Assembly: GCA_025927655.1 (NCBI GenBank)
Contig: JAICKY010000001.1
Location: 1 to 59,213 of the forward strand
Direction: 5' to 3'
DNA from: Candidatus Saccharimonadota bacterium
Lineage (GTDB): Bacteria > Patescibacteriota > Saccharimonadia > Saccharimonadales > UBA4665
DNA: 59,213 nucleotides
Each line of letters starts with the position of its first letter. The stretch's first letter is position 1. Positions 44,693-53,785 of this stretch are shown piece after piece. Under the pieces are notes generated by a model that had not been told where the DNA came from, did not search any database, and saw nothing but the letters and a program-made list of their open reading frames with translations. The translations under genes and the position numbers were made by a program.

Positions 44693-45247
44693 ATGAAGGT
44701 GACGATGGCGGCAGTTTGTTCGGCGGATGGGCTGATGACACAGGGGGAGGACCCGGTGGTGCAGCACTGGTCTTCCAGGGAAGATTTTGAGCATTTTACG
44801 CAGCTGATTAACGCCCATAGATTGGTGGTGATGGGCCGGAAAACGTACCAAGCCGTCATGCCGCAACCGCAGCCGGAACGGTTACGAGTGGTGCTGACGA
44901 GCCGGCCGGAAACTTTTGCCGCTGCGGGCATACCCGGTCAATTGGAATTTTCTGCTGAATCGCCGCTGGACCTGGTGGCGTCGATGACGACACGGGAGTA
45001 TGATGCGTTGCTGCTGGTGGGGGGAGGTACCGTGAACGCGGCATTTTTGCAGGCTGGACTGATCGATGAACTGTACTTGACTATCGAGCCGGTTTTGTTT
45101 GGCTTGGGGACTAGATTGGTTGATGGGCTGGCCTCGGATGCGCCACTGCAACTGCTCGGCATACAACAGCTGAACGAGCGCGGGACGTTGCTGCTGCACT
45201 ATGCGGTAGAACGGGTTATGCTTGACAGTGGTGCACAAGCGTCGTAG
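44693..45247 (+). CDS. dihydrofolate-reductase-like (RibD C-terminal domain) family protein
   Basis: KVTMAAVCSADGLMT...LVVMGRKTYQA...LLLVGGGTVNAAFLQAGLIDELYLTIEPVLFG. The start is set at ATG 44693. Confidence 0.75.
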   Translation: MKVTMAAVCSADGLMTQGEDPVVQHWSSREDFEHFTQLINAHRLVVMGRKTYQAVMPQPQPERLRVVLTSRPETFAAAGIPGQLEFSAESPLDLVASMTTREYDALLLVGGGTVNAAFLQAGLIDELYLTIEPVLFGLGTRLVDGLASDAPLQLLGIQQLNERGTLLLHYAVERVMLDSGAQAS

Positions 45248-45323
45248 GCTCTTAAGCAAGAGGATTACCGCTATGTTACTCAATAAACACGTTACCACCT
45301 GGTCCAGCTTCGTCTGCGCTCTT

Positions 45324-45493
45324 TAAGGGGCTGACAAAACTTCCTGCCAGCTATAATCACAAAACCTACCACTTCCAATCTGTTTTTCGTCTTCGGTTCG
45401 TAGCTACGGCTACGACCAAAAGCCGAGAAAACAAATTGAAAATCATGGATCTTTTGCGATTCGCTTTTGGCAGGAAGTATCACCAGCCCCTTA
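45324..45493. repeat. 170-bp element closed by a 27-nt imperfect inverted repeat (long-stem structure or MITE-like)
   Basis: TAAGGGGCTG (45324-33) pairs with CAGCCCCTTA (45484-93). ACTTCCTGCCA (45339-49) pairs with TGGCAGGAAGT (45468-78). The two helices are separated by a 5x5 internal loop. Inner hairpin: GTAGC-TACG-GCTAC. Confidence 0.6.
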
Positions 45494-45531
45494 GCATCCG
45501 ATTCTATTAAATCTGAATTTAGGGAGTAACA

Positions 45532-46233
45532 ATGGAAAAGTTTTTGGGTATACGCAAATTTGATTTGCTGGTGGCGCTGTACGTGTTCGGAATAATGGTG
45601 GCGGAGCTAATGGGCGGTAAGACGTTCCCTGTGGCTACGATCGGCACGTTTCATCTGACGGCGAGTGTAGCGGTGTTTGTGATGCCGCTGCTGTTTACGT
45701 CGGTGGATGTGATCGTGGAAGTGTATGGGAAAAAGCGGGCTCGGAGCTTGGTGCGCACGGGGCTGCTGATTGTGCTGCTACAGGTTTTGGCTGCCGCAAC
45801 GTTTACACACTTGCCTGCGGCGCCGTACTTTGTATCTACCCAGCCAGCCTATGCTGCGGTGTTTGGAACTTCGATTCGTTTTGGCCTGGCGAGCGTGCTT
45901 GCGTTTGCGGCATCGGAGCTTTTGGATGTTGCGGTGTTCGCCAAATTGCGTCAGCGGATGCAGAGCCAAGGGCTTTGGCTGCGCAACAATGTTGCGAATT
46001 TTTTGTCGCAGTTTGTAGACTCTGCACTCTGGACGACATTGGCGTTCTATACGTTTGGCATGAGTTTTGGCACGAACGTTAGTTTTTTGACCGGTATTAT
46101 CATTCCCTATTACCTGGTGCGGGTGGCTATGTCGATTGTGGAAACGCCACTGGTATATGCCGGTGTAAAATGGCTGCGTCCTGCTGGACATAAAACTGCC
46201 GATGCGATCCAGCTGGCAGAGGCAACTGCATGA
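45532..46233 (+). CDS. VUT-family (YhhQ/COG1738) vitamin or queuosine-precursor transporter
   Basis: 233 aa and about 6 TM helices. N-terminus KFDLLVALYVFGIMVAELMGGKTF and ...FLSQFVDSALWT are typical of this family. AGGGAG lies 5 nt upstream of the ATG. Confidence 0.7.
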   Translation: MEKFLGIRKFDLLVALYVFGIMVAELMGGKTFPVATIGTFHLTASVAVFVMPLLFTSVDVIVEVYGKKRARSLVRTGLLIVLLQVLAAATFTHLPAAPYFVSTQPAYAAVFGTSIRFGLASVLAFAASELLDVAVFAKLRQRMQSQGLWLRNNVANFLSQFVDSALWTTLAFYTFGMSFGTNVSFLTGIIIPYYLVRVAMSIVETPLVYAGVKWLRPAGHKTADAIQLAEATA

Positions 46234-47003
46234 TTGTTCATGCGGTAAAAACGCGCACGGTTTTGCCAAATGCCTGCACACTGCCGGAACTGTTAAATGA
46301 GTCCCTGCCGGACGTCACAGAAGGAAGCATCGTTGCGATAACATCTAAGGTTGTTTCTTTGTGCGAGGGTGCGGTAGCTCCGCTGGACGCCATAGACAAG
46401 CATGAATTGATTCAGCGCGAAGCAGACAAATACGTAGTGTTACCGGCGAACGAATACGATATTACGTTCACGGTCGTTAAAAATACGCTCATGCCCAACG
46501 CTGGTGTCGACGAGTCCAATGCCACGGGCGTATATGTGCTGTGGCCGCGCGATCCGCAGCAGACGGCAAACGCCGTGCGTGCGTACCTGTGTGAGCGGTT
46601 CGGCTTGAAACAGGTTGGGGTTGTCATTACTGACAGCACTGCCCGGCCGCTTCGTTGGGGCATGGGCGGTATTGCCATCGCCCACAGCGGGTTCAAAGAA
46701 GTGCGGGATTATCGTGGTGAGCAGGACTTGTTCGGCCGTGAGTTTACTATGGAAACGGCGGCGATATCCGGTAGCCTGGCGGCCGCGGCTGTACTGGTTA
46801 TGGGCGAAGGCGCCGAATGTACACCGCTGGCTGTCGTGGAAGACGTACCATTTGTAGAATTTCAGGACTGTGATCCATCGGCCGAGGAACTCGAAGCGCT
46901 AAAGATCTCGGTAGATAACGACATCTTCGCCCCTATCTGGCGTGCTGTCTCGTGGAAAACCGGCGGGGGTAGCAATACTACGGATTATTCTTCGACTTCG
47001 TAG
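46230..47003 (+). CDS. CofE-like gamma-glutamyl ligase (F420-0:glutamate ligase / putative folate-metabolism gamma-glutamate ligase family)
   Basis: GSIVAITSKVVSLCEG...NAGVDESNA...GVVITDSTARPLRWGMGGIAIA. ATGA overlap with the transporter gene. Confidence 0.65.
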   Translation: MIVHAVKTRTVLPNACTLPELLNESLPDVTEGSIVAITSKVVSLCEGAVAPLDAIDKHELIQREADKYVVLPANEYDITFTVVKNTLMPNAGVDESNATGVYVLWPRDPQQTANAVRAYLCERFGLKQVGVVITDSTARPLRWGMGGIAIAHSGFKEVRDYRGEQDLFGREFTMETAAISGSLAAAAVLVMGEGAECTPLAVVEDVPFVEFQDCDPSAEELEALKISVDNDIFAPIWRAVSWKTGGGSNTTDYSSTS

Positions 47004-48049
47004 AGCGCGGCAACATACATGCTTTCGGACCAGCCAAGCGGCGTGTTTTCGTTGGCTTCGCTGCTGTTGCTAAAATATAATTCTGGTACTTTGCCATCCT
47101 TCGTCACCGTAGCGGTGGCTTTGTCCAGGTATTCTGTAGCCTTTGCATTGTCGCCGAGCTGCTTGTAAATGATAGCCAGCCAGCTCAGTCCGAAACACCA
47201 CTCGGCTTCTTCGCTGTAGCCGTCGGGGTTGGCGTTGTAGTACGCGTCGTTTTTGTAGCGCATCACACCCTTTTCGCGCTCCAGGTGGTACGTTAGGTTT
47301 TCAACAATGGTCTTCGCCATGTTGCTGTCGACGACATGGTATGGATAGATGAGTGATAGCAGCGCCAGGTCGGTGAATTTTGTCTCTGATTCACGTGGCA
47401 GCAGGTTCCTGAGCGCCGCCTCACCGCGGTCAACAGCGTCTTGGTCGACGTCCATGCCGCCGACTTCCTGCCACTTTTTTAGCCCCGCGACTACGGCGCC
47501 GATGGAACTGGCGTGGACTTCTTCGGCCTCTTCCCACATGCCGTTGTCGGCATCGTGCCAATATTCGACGTTGCAAATGTAGTAAATGAGCGTCTGTACG
47601 GTGCGGTGGTCCTGCTCGTTTCGCAACATGCTGTGGCCTTTTTGCTCAAAATCGGCCAGTTTATATAACACGGCGCCAATGGCATCGTGCTGCTTGTTGC
47701 CCCAGCTTTCCCAGAATTCTTCGAGCGTTTCGGGGTTGAATCGGGCATGTATAAACTGCCAGCTTTCGAATGGTTTGTTGGTGGTTGCCCAGTTAATTTT
47801 GTCGATGTGTTTGTCGAATATATCGAGCAGCGTGTGGTAGTCTTTTTCGACCACGCCCCACTCACCGGCGTATTCAAACGCAATGGCTTCGTAGACGTTG
47901 TCCCGGATCCAGGCTTTGTCGTAGCCGGTGGTCACCGCTTGGTCGCTGGCCAGGAACAGGCCGCGCGGAGTGATGAGTTTGCGCAGATTGTCCAGGTGGC
48001 GCTTGATGCGTGCGTCCTTGCTCATATCCAGCTCCATTGAACTGTTCAT
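46985..48049 (-). CDS. glycoside hydrolase family 15-related protein
   Basis: YDKAWIRDNVY, GNKQHDAIGAVLY, NGMWEE, VHASSIGAVVAGL and EAEWCFGLSWLAI follow the (alpha/alpha)6 GH15-type motif order. Confidence 0.65.
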   Translation of the reverse strand: MNSSMELDMSKDARIKRHLDNLRKLITPRGLFLASDQAVTTGYDKAWIRDNVYEAIAFEYAGEWGVVEKDYHTLLDIFDKHIDKINWATTNKPFESWQFIHARFNPETLEEFWESWGNKQHDAIGAVLYKLADFEQKGHSMLRNEQDHRTVQTLIYYICNVEYWHDADNGMWEEAEEVHASSIGAVVAGLKKWQEVGGMDVDQDAVDRGEAALRNLLPRESETKFTDLALLSLIYPYHVVDSNMAKTIVENLTYHLEREKGVMRYKNDAYYNANPDGYSEEAEWCFGLSWLAIIYKQLGDNAKATEYLDKATATVTKDGKVPELYFSNSSEANENTPLGWSESMYVAALYEVEE

Positions 48050-48465
48050 AATGCTTTCCCCTTGTGGTGGCTGTGTTGGTAGTCGTCGTGGATGCCACGT
48101 TCGAACTGATAGCCCAGCAAGCGGTCAACGATGGGTTCGGTGCCGTGTCCATTGTGCAGTTCAGCCCGGGCCATTGCGGCTTCGGCTTCCAACCGGAAAA
48201 AATCTGCTGCCATTTGCAGGTGTTCTTTGACTGTTTGGTCATCGGTGTGGCCGGCTTTTTCTTGCAAAGCATGTTGAGCTGCTTGGGCTTCGGCTATGGG
48301 AGCCGTGCAGGTGGTGCAGACTTCGTATTCACCCAGTCTCAGGGTGTGGCCGCCGTAATCGAATGTTTCGGCCTTCGGCAGTTTGGCTAAAGTGTCGTTG
48401 ATGATGCTGAGCGCCTGCTGTGCGGCTGCTGCAACATCGGGATCGTCGGAATGTTTTTTAATCAT
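48046..48465 (-). CDS. hypothetical protein (139 aa)
   Basis: ORF with an ATGA overlap onto the GH15-like gene. His-rich C-terminus. No family recognised. Confidence 0.5.
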   Translation of the reverse strand: MIKKHSDDPDVAAAAQQALSIINDTLAKLPKAETFDYGGHTLRLGEYEVCTTCTAPIAEAQAAQHALQEKAGHTDDQTVKEHLQMAADFFRLEAEAAMARAELHNGHGTEPIVDRLLGYQFERGIHDDYQHSHHKGKAL

Positions 48466-48532
48466 GTTTGTTCGTACCGTTTACAGGCCGATTATAGCAT
48501 AAGCGGGATGGCTATATCTATGCCGAGCCCAT

Positions 48533-48715
48533 CTAAATAGGCCGGTCTCTAAGTCCGCCGAGGTAGCCAAGGTAGGTCGAGACGATGTGCATGATAAACC
48601 AGAAACCAATCAGCCACACGTATTGTGTAAGGCTGAGCGGCACGAACGGAATGGTGGCGAGTGAGGCAGCCAAAGCGTAAGGGTGGCGGTGAGTGTGCAG
48701 GTCTATGCGGAACAT
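48533..48715 (-). CDS. possible small membrane protein (60 aa), weakly supported
   Basis: The translation has two hydrophobic segments. No clear RBS. Confidence 0.2.
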   Translation of the reverse strand: MFRIDLHTHRHPYALAASLATIPFVPLSLTQYVWLIGFWFIMHIVSTYLGYLGGLRDRPI

Positions 48716-48837
48716 TAGGAAGGCTGCCTGCTGATTCGGAGTAGCCGTTGCAGCGCAGTAACCCCTGCCAGCACAGCGATGGCAATGACCGCGCGGCCAA
48801 CTGGTTTATAAGCAGTCCTGCGCCCAGTACGGCGGGG

Positions 48838-49980
48838 TTACGCAGCGACTGTTGCTTTGGGTTTGCGCGGTGCAGATTTTGCGGCTGTACCGTATTTTTG
48901 GATAAACCGCTCCACTAGTTCGCGGGCCGTACGGTCCTCGATTTGTTTGGGCGGGTGTTTTTGGAAATAAGCAGCCGGTTCGACGATAGGCCCAGCCAGT
49001 TTGTTGTCCAGGGCAAGTTTTAAACACCGGATAGAGTCAATGGCTACGCCGGCGCTGTTCGGCGAATCTTCCACGCTTAGGCGCAGCTCCAGATTCATCG
49101 GCACGTCGCCGAAATGCTTGCTTTCTATACGCAAAAAGCAGATCTTATTATCTTTTTGCCAGGGTACGTAGTCGCTTGGGCCGACATGGATATCTTCCGG
49201 GGCAATCGTTTGGCCGCGGGCTTCTATTTGTGAACTTACCGCCTCGGTTTTGGAAATCTTTTTATATTGCAGGCGCTCGCGCTCCAACATGTTCAGAAAG
49301 TCAGTATTGCCGCCGGTGTTCAGCTGGTAGGTGCGCTCGATCTTCATACCGCGGTCCAGGAACAAGTTCACCAGCGTGCGGTGCGTGATGGTCGCGCCCA
49401 CCTGCGCTTTGATGTCATCGCCTATTACCGGCAGTCCGGCCTTCTCGAATTTTTTGGCCCAGACCGGGTTGCTGGCGATGAAGACCGGGATGCAGTTCAC
49501 GAACCCGCAGCCAGCATCGATAGCCGCTTGCGCGTAAAATTCAGTTGCTTCTTGCGAGCCGACGGGCAGATAGTTTATAACGGCTTCTGCCCCGCTCTCT
49601 TTCAAAACTTTCACGACGTCTACGGGCCTAGCTTTGTCGTCGACCGGCACCAGATCGCTCGTATAGCTGTTGACGCCGTCTAGGCGCGGCCCGCGGCTGA
49701 CCTGCACCCCTAGTTTGGGCACCTGCGCGAATACTACGGTGTTGTTCGGTTCTGCATAAATTGCCTCAGCTACATCTTTGCCGACTTTGTTGGTGTTTAC
49801 GTCGAATGCGGCGACGATTTCGAGATCACGAATGTGGTATCCGCCAAAGTTGACATGCATTACGCCTGGTACGAACTCATTGTCCTTGGCGTTTTTGTAA
49901 TATTCAATCCCCTGCACTAGTGACGACGCACAGTTTCCGACGCCTACGATTGCAATCTTAATCTTCTTGCCGTTTGCCAT
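48838..49980 (-). CDS. ino1: inositol-3-phosphate synthase
   Basis: [24 protein letters not shown] (NAD-binding N-terminus), ...NYLPVGS... and ...[11 protein letters not shown] are typical of bacterial/archaeal MIPS. 380 aa. Confidence 0.85.
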   Translation of the reverse strand: MANGKKIKIAIVGVGNCASSLVQGIEYYKNAKDNEFVPGVMHVNFGGYHIRDLEIVAAFDVNTNKVGKDVAEAIYAEPNNTVVFAQVPKLGVQVSRGPRLDGVNSYTSDLVPVDDKARPVDVVKVLKESGAEAVINYLPVGSQEATEFYAQAAIDAGCGFVNCIPVFIASNPVWAKKFEKAGLPVIGDDIKAQVGATITHRTLVNLFLDRGMKIERTYQLNTGGNTDFLNMLERERLQYKKISKTEAVSSQIEARGQTIAPEDIHVGPSDYVPWQKDNKICFLRIESKHFGDVPMNLELRLSVEDSPNSAGVAIDSIRCLKLALDNKLAGPIVEPAAYFQKHPPKQIEDRTARELVERFIQKYGTAAKSAPRKPKATVAA

Positions 49981-50078
49981 ACTGTTGCTCCCCTGCTGGT
50001 TATTACCTATACATAATGGTACGAAGCGCTACTGTATAACTCAAATATATTAATCGTATGACTATATAATATATAACT

Positions 50079-50987
50079 ATGGAAGATCGCTTACGGAAGT
50101 TCGTGCGGCTGATTGATGCCGGAAGCTTTACGAAAGCGTCGCAAGAACTGCACCTTTCGCAGCCGGCGCTTTCGGTGGCGATTGCCAAACTGGAGCGTGA
50201 ACTACATACGCCGCTACTGGTGCACGGCGTGCGTCCGCTTGCACTCACAACTGCCGGTAAACTGGCCTACGCTGCCGGTAAAGAGTTGCAAGTAAAAACC
50301 AGCAACCTAAAGACGCAGCTTGCAGAACTGGCGCAGCAAAAGGTGGTAGTTTCGGTTGGGATGATCGATAGCGTGGCCAGCGTACTGTTCACCTCGTCTA
50401 AAAGCGTTGACGAGCTGGAACATAGCGCGGCAGTATCGCTGGTGGTCGATAATTCGCGCAATCTGCTGCAGGCGGTCGAAAAGAACGCGCTGGATCTGGC
50501 GTTTGTGACCGGGCAGCACCAGTATGCTTCGAGCCTGGAGGTGTTACGATCTACCTTTGAATCGATGGTTGTGGTATGTCATCCGGCGCTACGAACAGAA
50601 TTGAACCGGGCGATAGAAGCCGGTACCCTGCCTCGTTTTATCAGCTACGACCAGGCATCTGCCACCCGTCGGCTGGTGGCGGAGGCACTGGAGCAGCGGG
50701 GTGTTACGGCGGAGCCGACATTTTATTCCACCAGCCCAGAAGTAATGCTGCGCATGGCGTTGCTCCAAAAGGGTGTCGTTGCCCTGCCGTATTTGCCGGT
50801 TCGCGATTACCTGCTTGACGGCAGCCTGGTGGCCGTTGGGGAACCGCCACTGATCGTGAGCCGGCCCGTGGCTGCGGTTAAGCGGCGGGACATGCTCCTG
50901 GCGGCCCCGCTCATGCGTACGGTTGATCAAGTGGCCCGGCTGCTCACTAACCTCGGCAGCGAACTTTCGGAACCGGGCGAGCAATAA
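50079..50987 (+). CDS. LysR-family transcriptional regulator
   Basis: N-terminal wHTH LRKFVRLIDAGSFTKASQELHLSQPALSVAIAKLEREL. 302 aa. Confidence 0.9.
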   Translation: MEDRLRKFVRLIDAGSFTKASQELHLSQPALSVAIAKLERELHTPLLVHGVRPLALTTAGKLAYAAGKELQVKTSNLKTQLAELAQQKVVVSVGMIDSVASVLFTSSKSVDELEHSAAVSLVVDNSRNLLQAVEKNALDLAFVTGQHQYASSLEVLRSTFESMVVVCHPALRTELNRAIEAGTLPRFISYDQASATRRLVAEALEQRGVTAEPTFYSTSPEVMLRMALLQKGVVALPYLPVRDYLLDGSLVAVGEPPLIVSRPVAAVKRRDMLLAAPLMRTVDQVARLLTNLGSELSEPGEQ

Positions 50988-51050
50988 AATGGATAAAACA
51001 CCGTACAGTTGTATATACTGCTTATAGATATGTAAGCATGGGAGATGTAG

Positions 51051-52676
51051 ATGAAACTGACCGATTTGCCGGAATGGCACGCCTTGCAAGCGCACTATGA
51101 CCACACGAAAGGCCTGCACATGCGGCAATTGTTTGCCGGCGACCCGGAACGGGGGGCTCGGTTGAGCGTGCAGGCCGGAGACATTTACGCTGATTATTCC
51201 AAAAACCGCGTTACTGACGAAACCATGCGATTGCTGTTCGACCTGGCCAGGGCACGGAACGTCGAGGCGCTGCGCGACGCTATGTTTGCCGGCGAGAAAA
51301 TCAACACTACCGAAAACCGGGCAGTCTTGCACACGGCCCTGCGCAATCAAGGCAACGAGCACATAGACGTGGACGGCAAAGACGTACTGCCAGAGGTCCG
51401 CGAGGTGCTGAAGCGTATGGGTATGTTTGCTAATGCAATCCGCAGCGGCGAGTGGCGCGGGCACACGGGAAAGGCCATAAAAAACGTCATTAATATTGGT
51501 ATAGGCGGGTCGGACCTAGGTCCCGTTATGGTTACGGAAGCCCTGAAATTTTACAGCCGGCGCGACCTGAACGTGCGGTTTGTTTCAAACGTCGATAGCA
51601 CGCATTTCGTAGAAACTACACGCGGCTTAGATCCCGCAGAAACGTTGTTTATCGTAGCGTCTAAAACGTTCACGACCGACGAAACCATGACTAACGCCCA
51701 CACCGCACGGGATTGGCTGCTGGCGGCGCTGAAGGACGATGCGGCGGTCGCGAAACATTTCGTGGCTGTTTCGACTAATGCAGCCGAGGTCGAGAAGTTC
51801 GGCATCGACACGGCAAATATGTTCGGTTTTTGGGACTGGGTCGGGGGGCGTTATTCGCTCACCAGCGCTATCGGTTTGTCGGTTATGGTCGCAATTGGAC
51901 CGGAGCAGTTCCACGAACTGCTCGAAGGTTTTTATGCCATGGACGAGCATTTTCGCACTGTCCCGCTGGAGCAGAACCTGCCAGCAATTCTAGCTCTGCT
52001 GGGTGTGTGGTACGGCAATTTCCACGGTGCCGCCAGCGAGGCGATTTTGCCGTACGACCAGTACCTGAGCCGATTTGCAGCATATTTCCAGCAAGGCAAT
52101 ATGGAAAGTAACGGCAAGTCCGTTACCAAAAACGGTCAGCCGGTTGAATACGACACGGGCCCGGTAATCTGGGGCGAACCTGGCACCAATGGCCAGCATG
52201 CGTTTTACCAGCTGTTGCACCAGGGGACGCGCTTCATCCCTTGTGATTTTATCGGGTTTGCCCGCCCGCTGAATCCACTGGGCGAGCACCACCGCAAGCT
52301 AACCGCTAACCTGCTTGCCCAGACGCAGGCGCTGGCTTTTGGCAAAACGGCCGAAGAAGTCCGGGCTGAAGGCGTGGCGGAAGCACTGGTGCCGCACAAG
52401 GTCTTTAGCGGTAACCGCCCCACGAACACGTTGCTACTGCCGGAGCTTACCCCGCACACGCTTGGACAGCTGATCGCCCTCTACGAACACAAGATTTTTG
52501 TACAGGGCGCCATTTGGGACATCAATTCGTTCGACCAGTGGGGCGTGGAACTTGGTAAAGTACTGGCCAAAGACATCTACACCGCACTGGCATCCGATGC
52601 TGCATCGCAAACCGGCTACGATAGTTCCACTAACGCGCTTCTTGCCATGTGGCGGGCACTGAATAAACCGGCATAA
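51051..52676 (+). CDS. pgi: glucose-6-phosphate isomerase
   Basis: 541 aa. [41 protein letters not shown] and [11 protein letters not shown] motifs. Confidence 0.92.
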   Translation: MKLTDLPEWHALQAHYDHTKGLHMRQLFAGDPERGARLSVQAGDIYADYSKNRVTDETMRLLFDLARARNVEALRDAMFAGEKINTTENRAVLHTALRNQGNEHIDVDGKDVLPEVREVLKRMGMFANAIRSGEWRGHTGKAIKNVINIGIGGSDLGPVMVTEALKFYSRRDLNVRFVSNVDSTHFVETTRGLDPAETLFIVASKTFTTDETMTNAHTARDWLLAALKDDAAVAKHFVAVSTNAAEVEKFGIDTANMFGFWDWVGGRYSLTSAIGLSVMVAIGPEQFHELLEGFYAMDEHFRTVPLEQNLPAILALLGVWYGNFHGAASEAILPYDQYLSRFAAYFQQGNMESNGKSVTKNGQPVEYDTGPVIWGEPGTNGQHAFYQLLHQGTRFIPCDFIGFARPLNPLGEHHRKLTANLLAQTQALAFGKTAEEVRAEGVAEALVPHKVFSGNRPTNTLLLPELTPHTLGQLIALYEHKIFVQGAIWDINSFDQWGVELGKVLAKDIYTALASDAASQTGYDSSTNALLAMWRALNKPA

Positions 52677-52882
52677 GTAGCCTCGACCACGCCCTCAGTC
52701 TATTTTGCGCGTCTGTGATCTGTTACAGCAAGGCGTAGTGGTGCTCCTGCGTGCAGATTTCCGAACGCTGATATGGCCGAAGTGACACGCTGTTTTAGCA
52801 AAAGTAGTAAGAGTTAAGAATTATTTAATATTTTGTCTATAGTGTTTAGTTAGAGCACTAAGCTCCGGGATTACACAACCTT

Positions 52883-53554
52883 ATGAAAGTACTTATCGTA
52901 GAAGACAATAAACTGCTGGCTGATTTAGTAAAAGAACTATTTGAAAAGCGGTACACGGTCGATATAGTACATAAGGGCAAGGAAGCAATTACGCAGGCAC
53001 GATCTCACCGATACGAGGTCATTATTTTGGACCTGAATTTGCCGGATGTGCACGGACTGACGGTCTGTAAAATGTTGCGTGCGGATAAGGTCAAATCGTC
53101 TATCCTTGTCCTGACCGGCGTGGACGACGTGCGTTCACGGGTAGAGCTTCTAAACAGCGGTGCCGATGATTATTTGTCCAAGCCGTTCAGCAGCAGCGAG
53201 CTGACTGCTCGAGTGGGCGCGCTTATCCGCCGCCAGTCACAGGACTATGTCCAAAATATCATTCGCTTGGGCGACCTGGAGATTGATGTGAACAGCCGGG
53301 AGGTTACCCGTGCGGGAGTGCCGGTGCATCTGCGCCGCAAAGAATTTGATATCCTGCAATATTTGGTAGCTAACCGCGGGCGAATCGTTTCCAGAGAAAT
53401 GATCATCAGTTATGCCTGGGAAAGTACCAAAGAGAGCTGGAACGGCACGGTGGACGTGCATATTAAACGGCTGCGCGACAAGGTTGACCGTCCGTTCACG
53501 AGTCCAATCATTAAAACTGCTTATGGAATAGGGTATATGGTCGAAAATGCCTAG
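52883..53554 (+). CDS. OmpR/PhoB-family DNA-binding response regulator
   Basis: Receiver MKVLIVEDN...VIILDLNLPDVHG. Winged-helix output LRRKEFDILQYLVANRGRIVSRE...VDVHIKRLRDKV. Confidence 0.9.
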   Translation: MKVLIVEDNKLLADLVKELFEKRYTVDIVHKGKEAITQARSHRYEVIILDLNLPDVHGLTVCKMLRADKVKSSILVLTGVDDVRSRVELLNSGADDYLSKPFSSSELTARVGALIRRQSQDYVQNIIRLGDLEIDVNSREVTRAGVPVHLRRKEFDILQYLVANRGRIVSREMIISYAWESTKESWNGTVDVHIKRLRDKVDRPFTSPIIKTAYGIGYMVENA

Positions 53555-53586
53555 TAAAGTAATTGTTCTACAGAAAGGTTGCTATA

Positions 53587-53706
53587 ATGAAGATAACCAT
53601 TTCCAGCGTGCTGACCAATCCAGGCACACGATCGAAGCGTGTGGTGGAAGCGAATTTGGCTAAAGAGCTAAGCGCTGGCATTCCCTGGTGGAATGTGGCA
53701 GAATAA
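53587..53706 (+). CDS. possible small ORF (39 aa) between the RR and HK genes, weakly supported
   Basis: ATG 53587. MKITISSVLTNPGTRSKRVVEANLAKELSAGIPWWNVAE. Weak AAAGG lies about 9 nt upstream. Confidence 0.2.
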   Translation: MKITISSVLTNPGTRSKRVVEANLAKELSAGIPWWNVAE

Positions 53707-53727
53707 AAAATATAAACGCTGAAAGGG

Positions 53728-53785
53728 CGACTGATAACCGGATACGTAACTATGACAGACGTGGCCGACTCCCGGTTATCAGTTG
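53728..53785 (+). promoter_or_regulatory. 12-14-bp inverted repeat enclosing the first in-frame ATG of the HK ORF
   Basis: ACTGATAACCGG (53730-53741) and CCGGTTATCAGT (53772-53783) are perfect complements. The pairing extends through a G.T wobble plus a C-G pair. Confidence 0.45.

Noticed and set aside
45385-45445. preQ1-I riboswitch upstream of the YhhQ/VUT transporter (GGTTCGTAGCTAC resembles B. subtilis GGUUCUAGCUAC)
   Set aside because: The P1/A-rich-tail/P2 pseudoknot layout cannot be reproduced. A 14-nt extra hairpin interrupts the loop, and the 3' tail lacks the CUA(A)GG pairing segment. The similarity is limited to about 12 nt.
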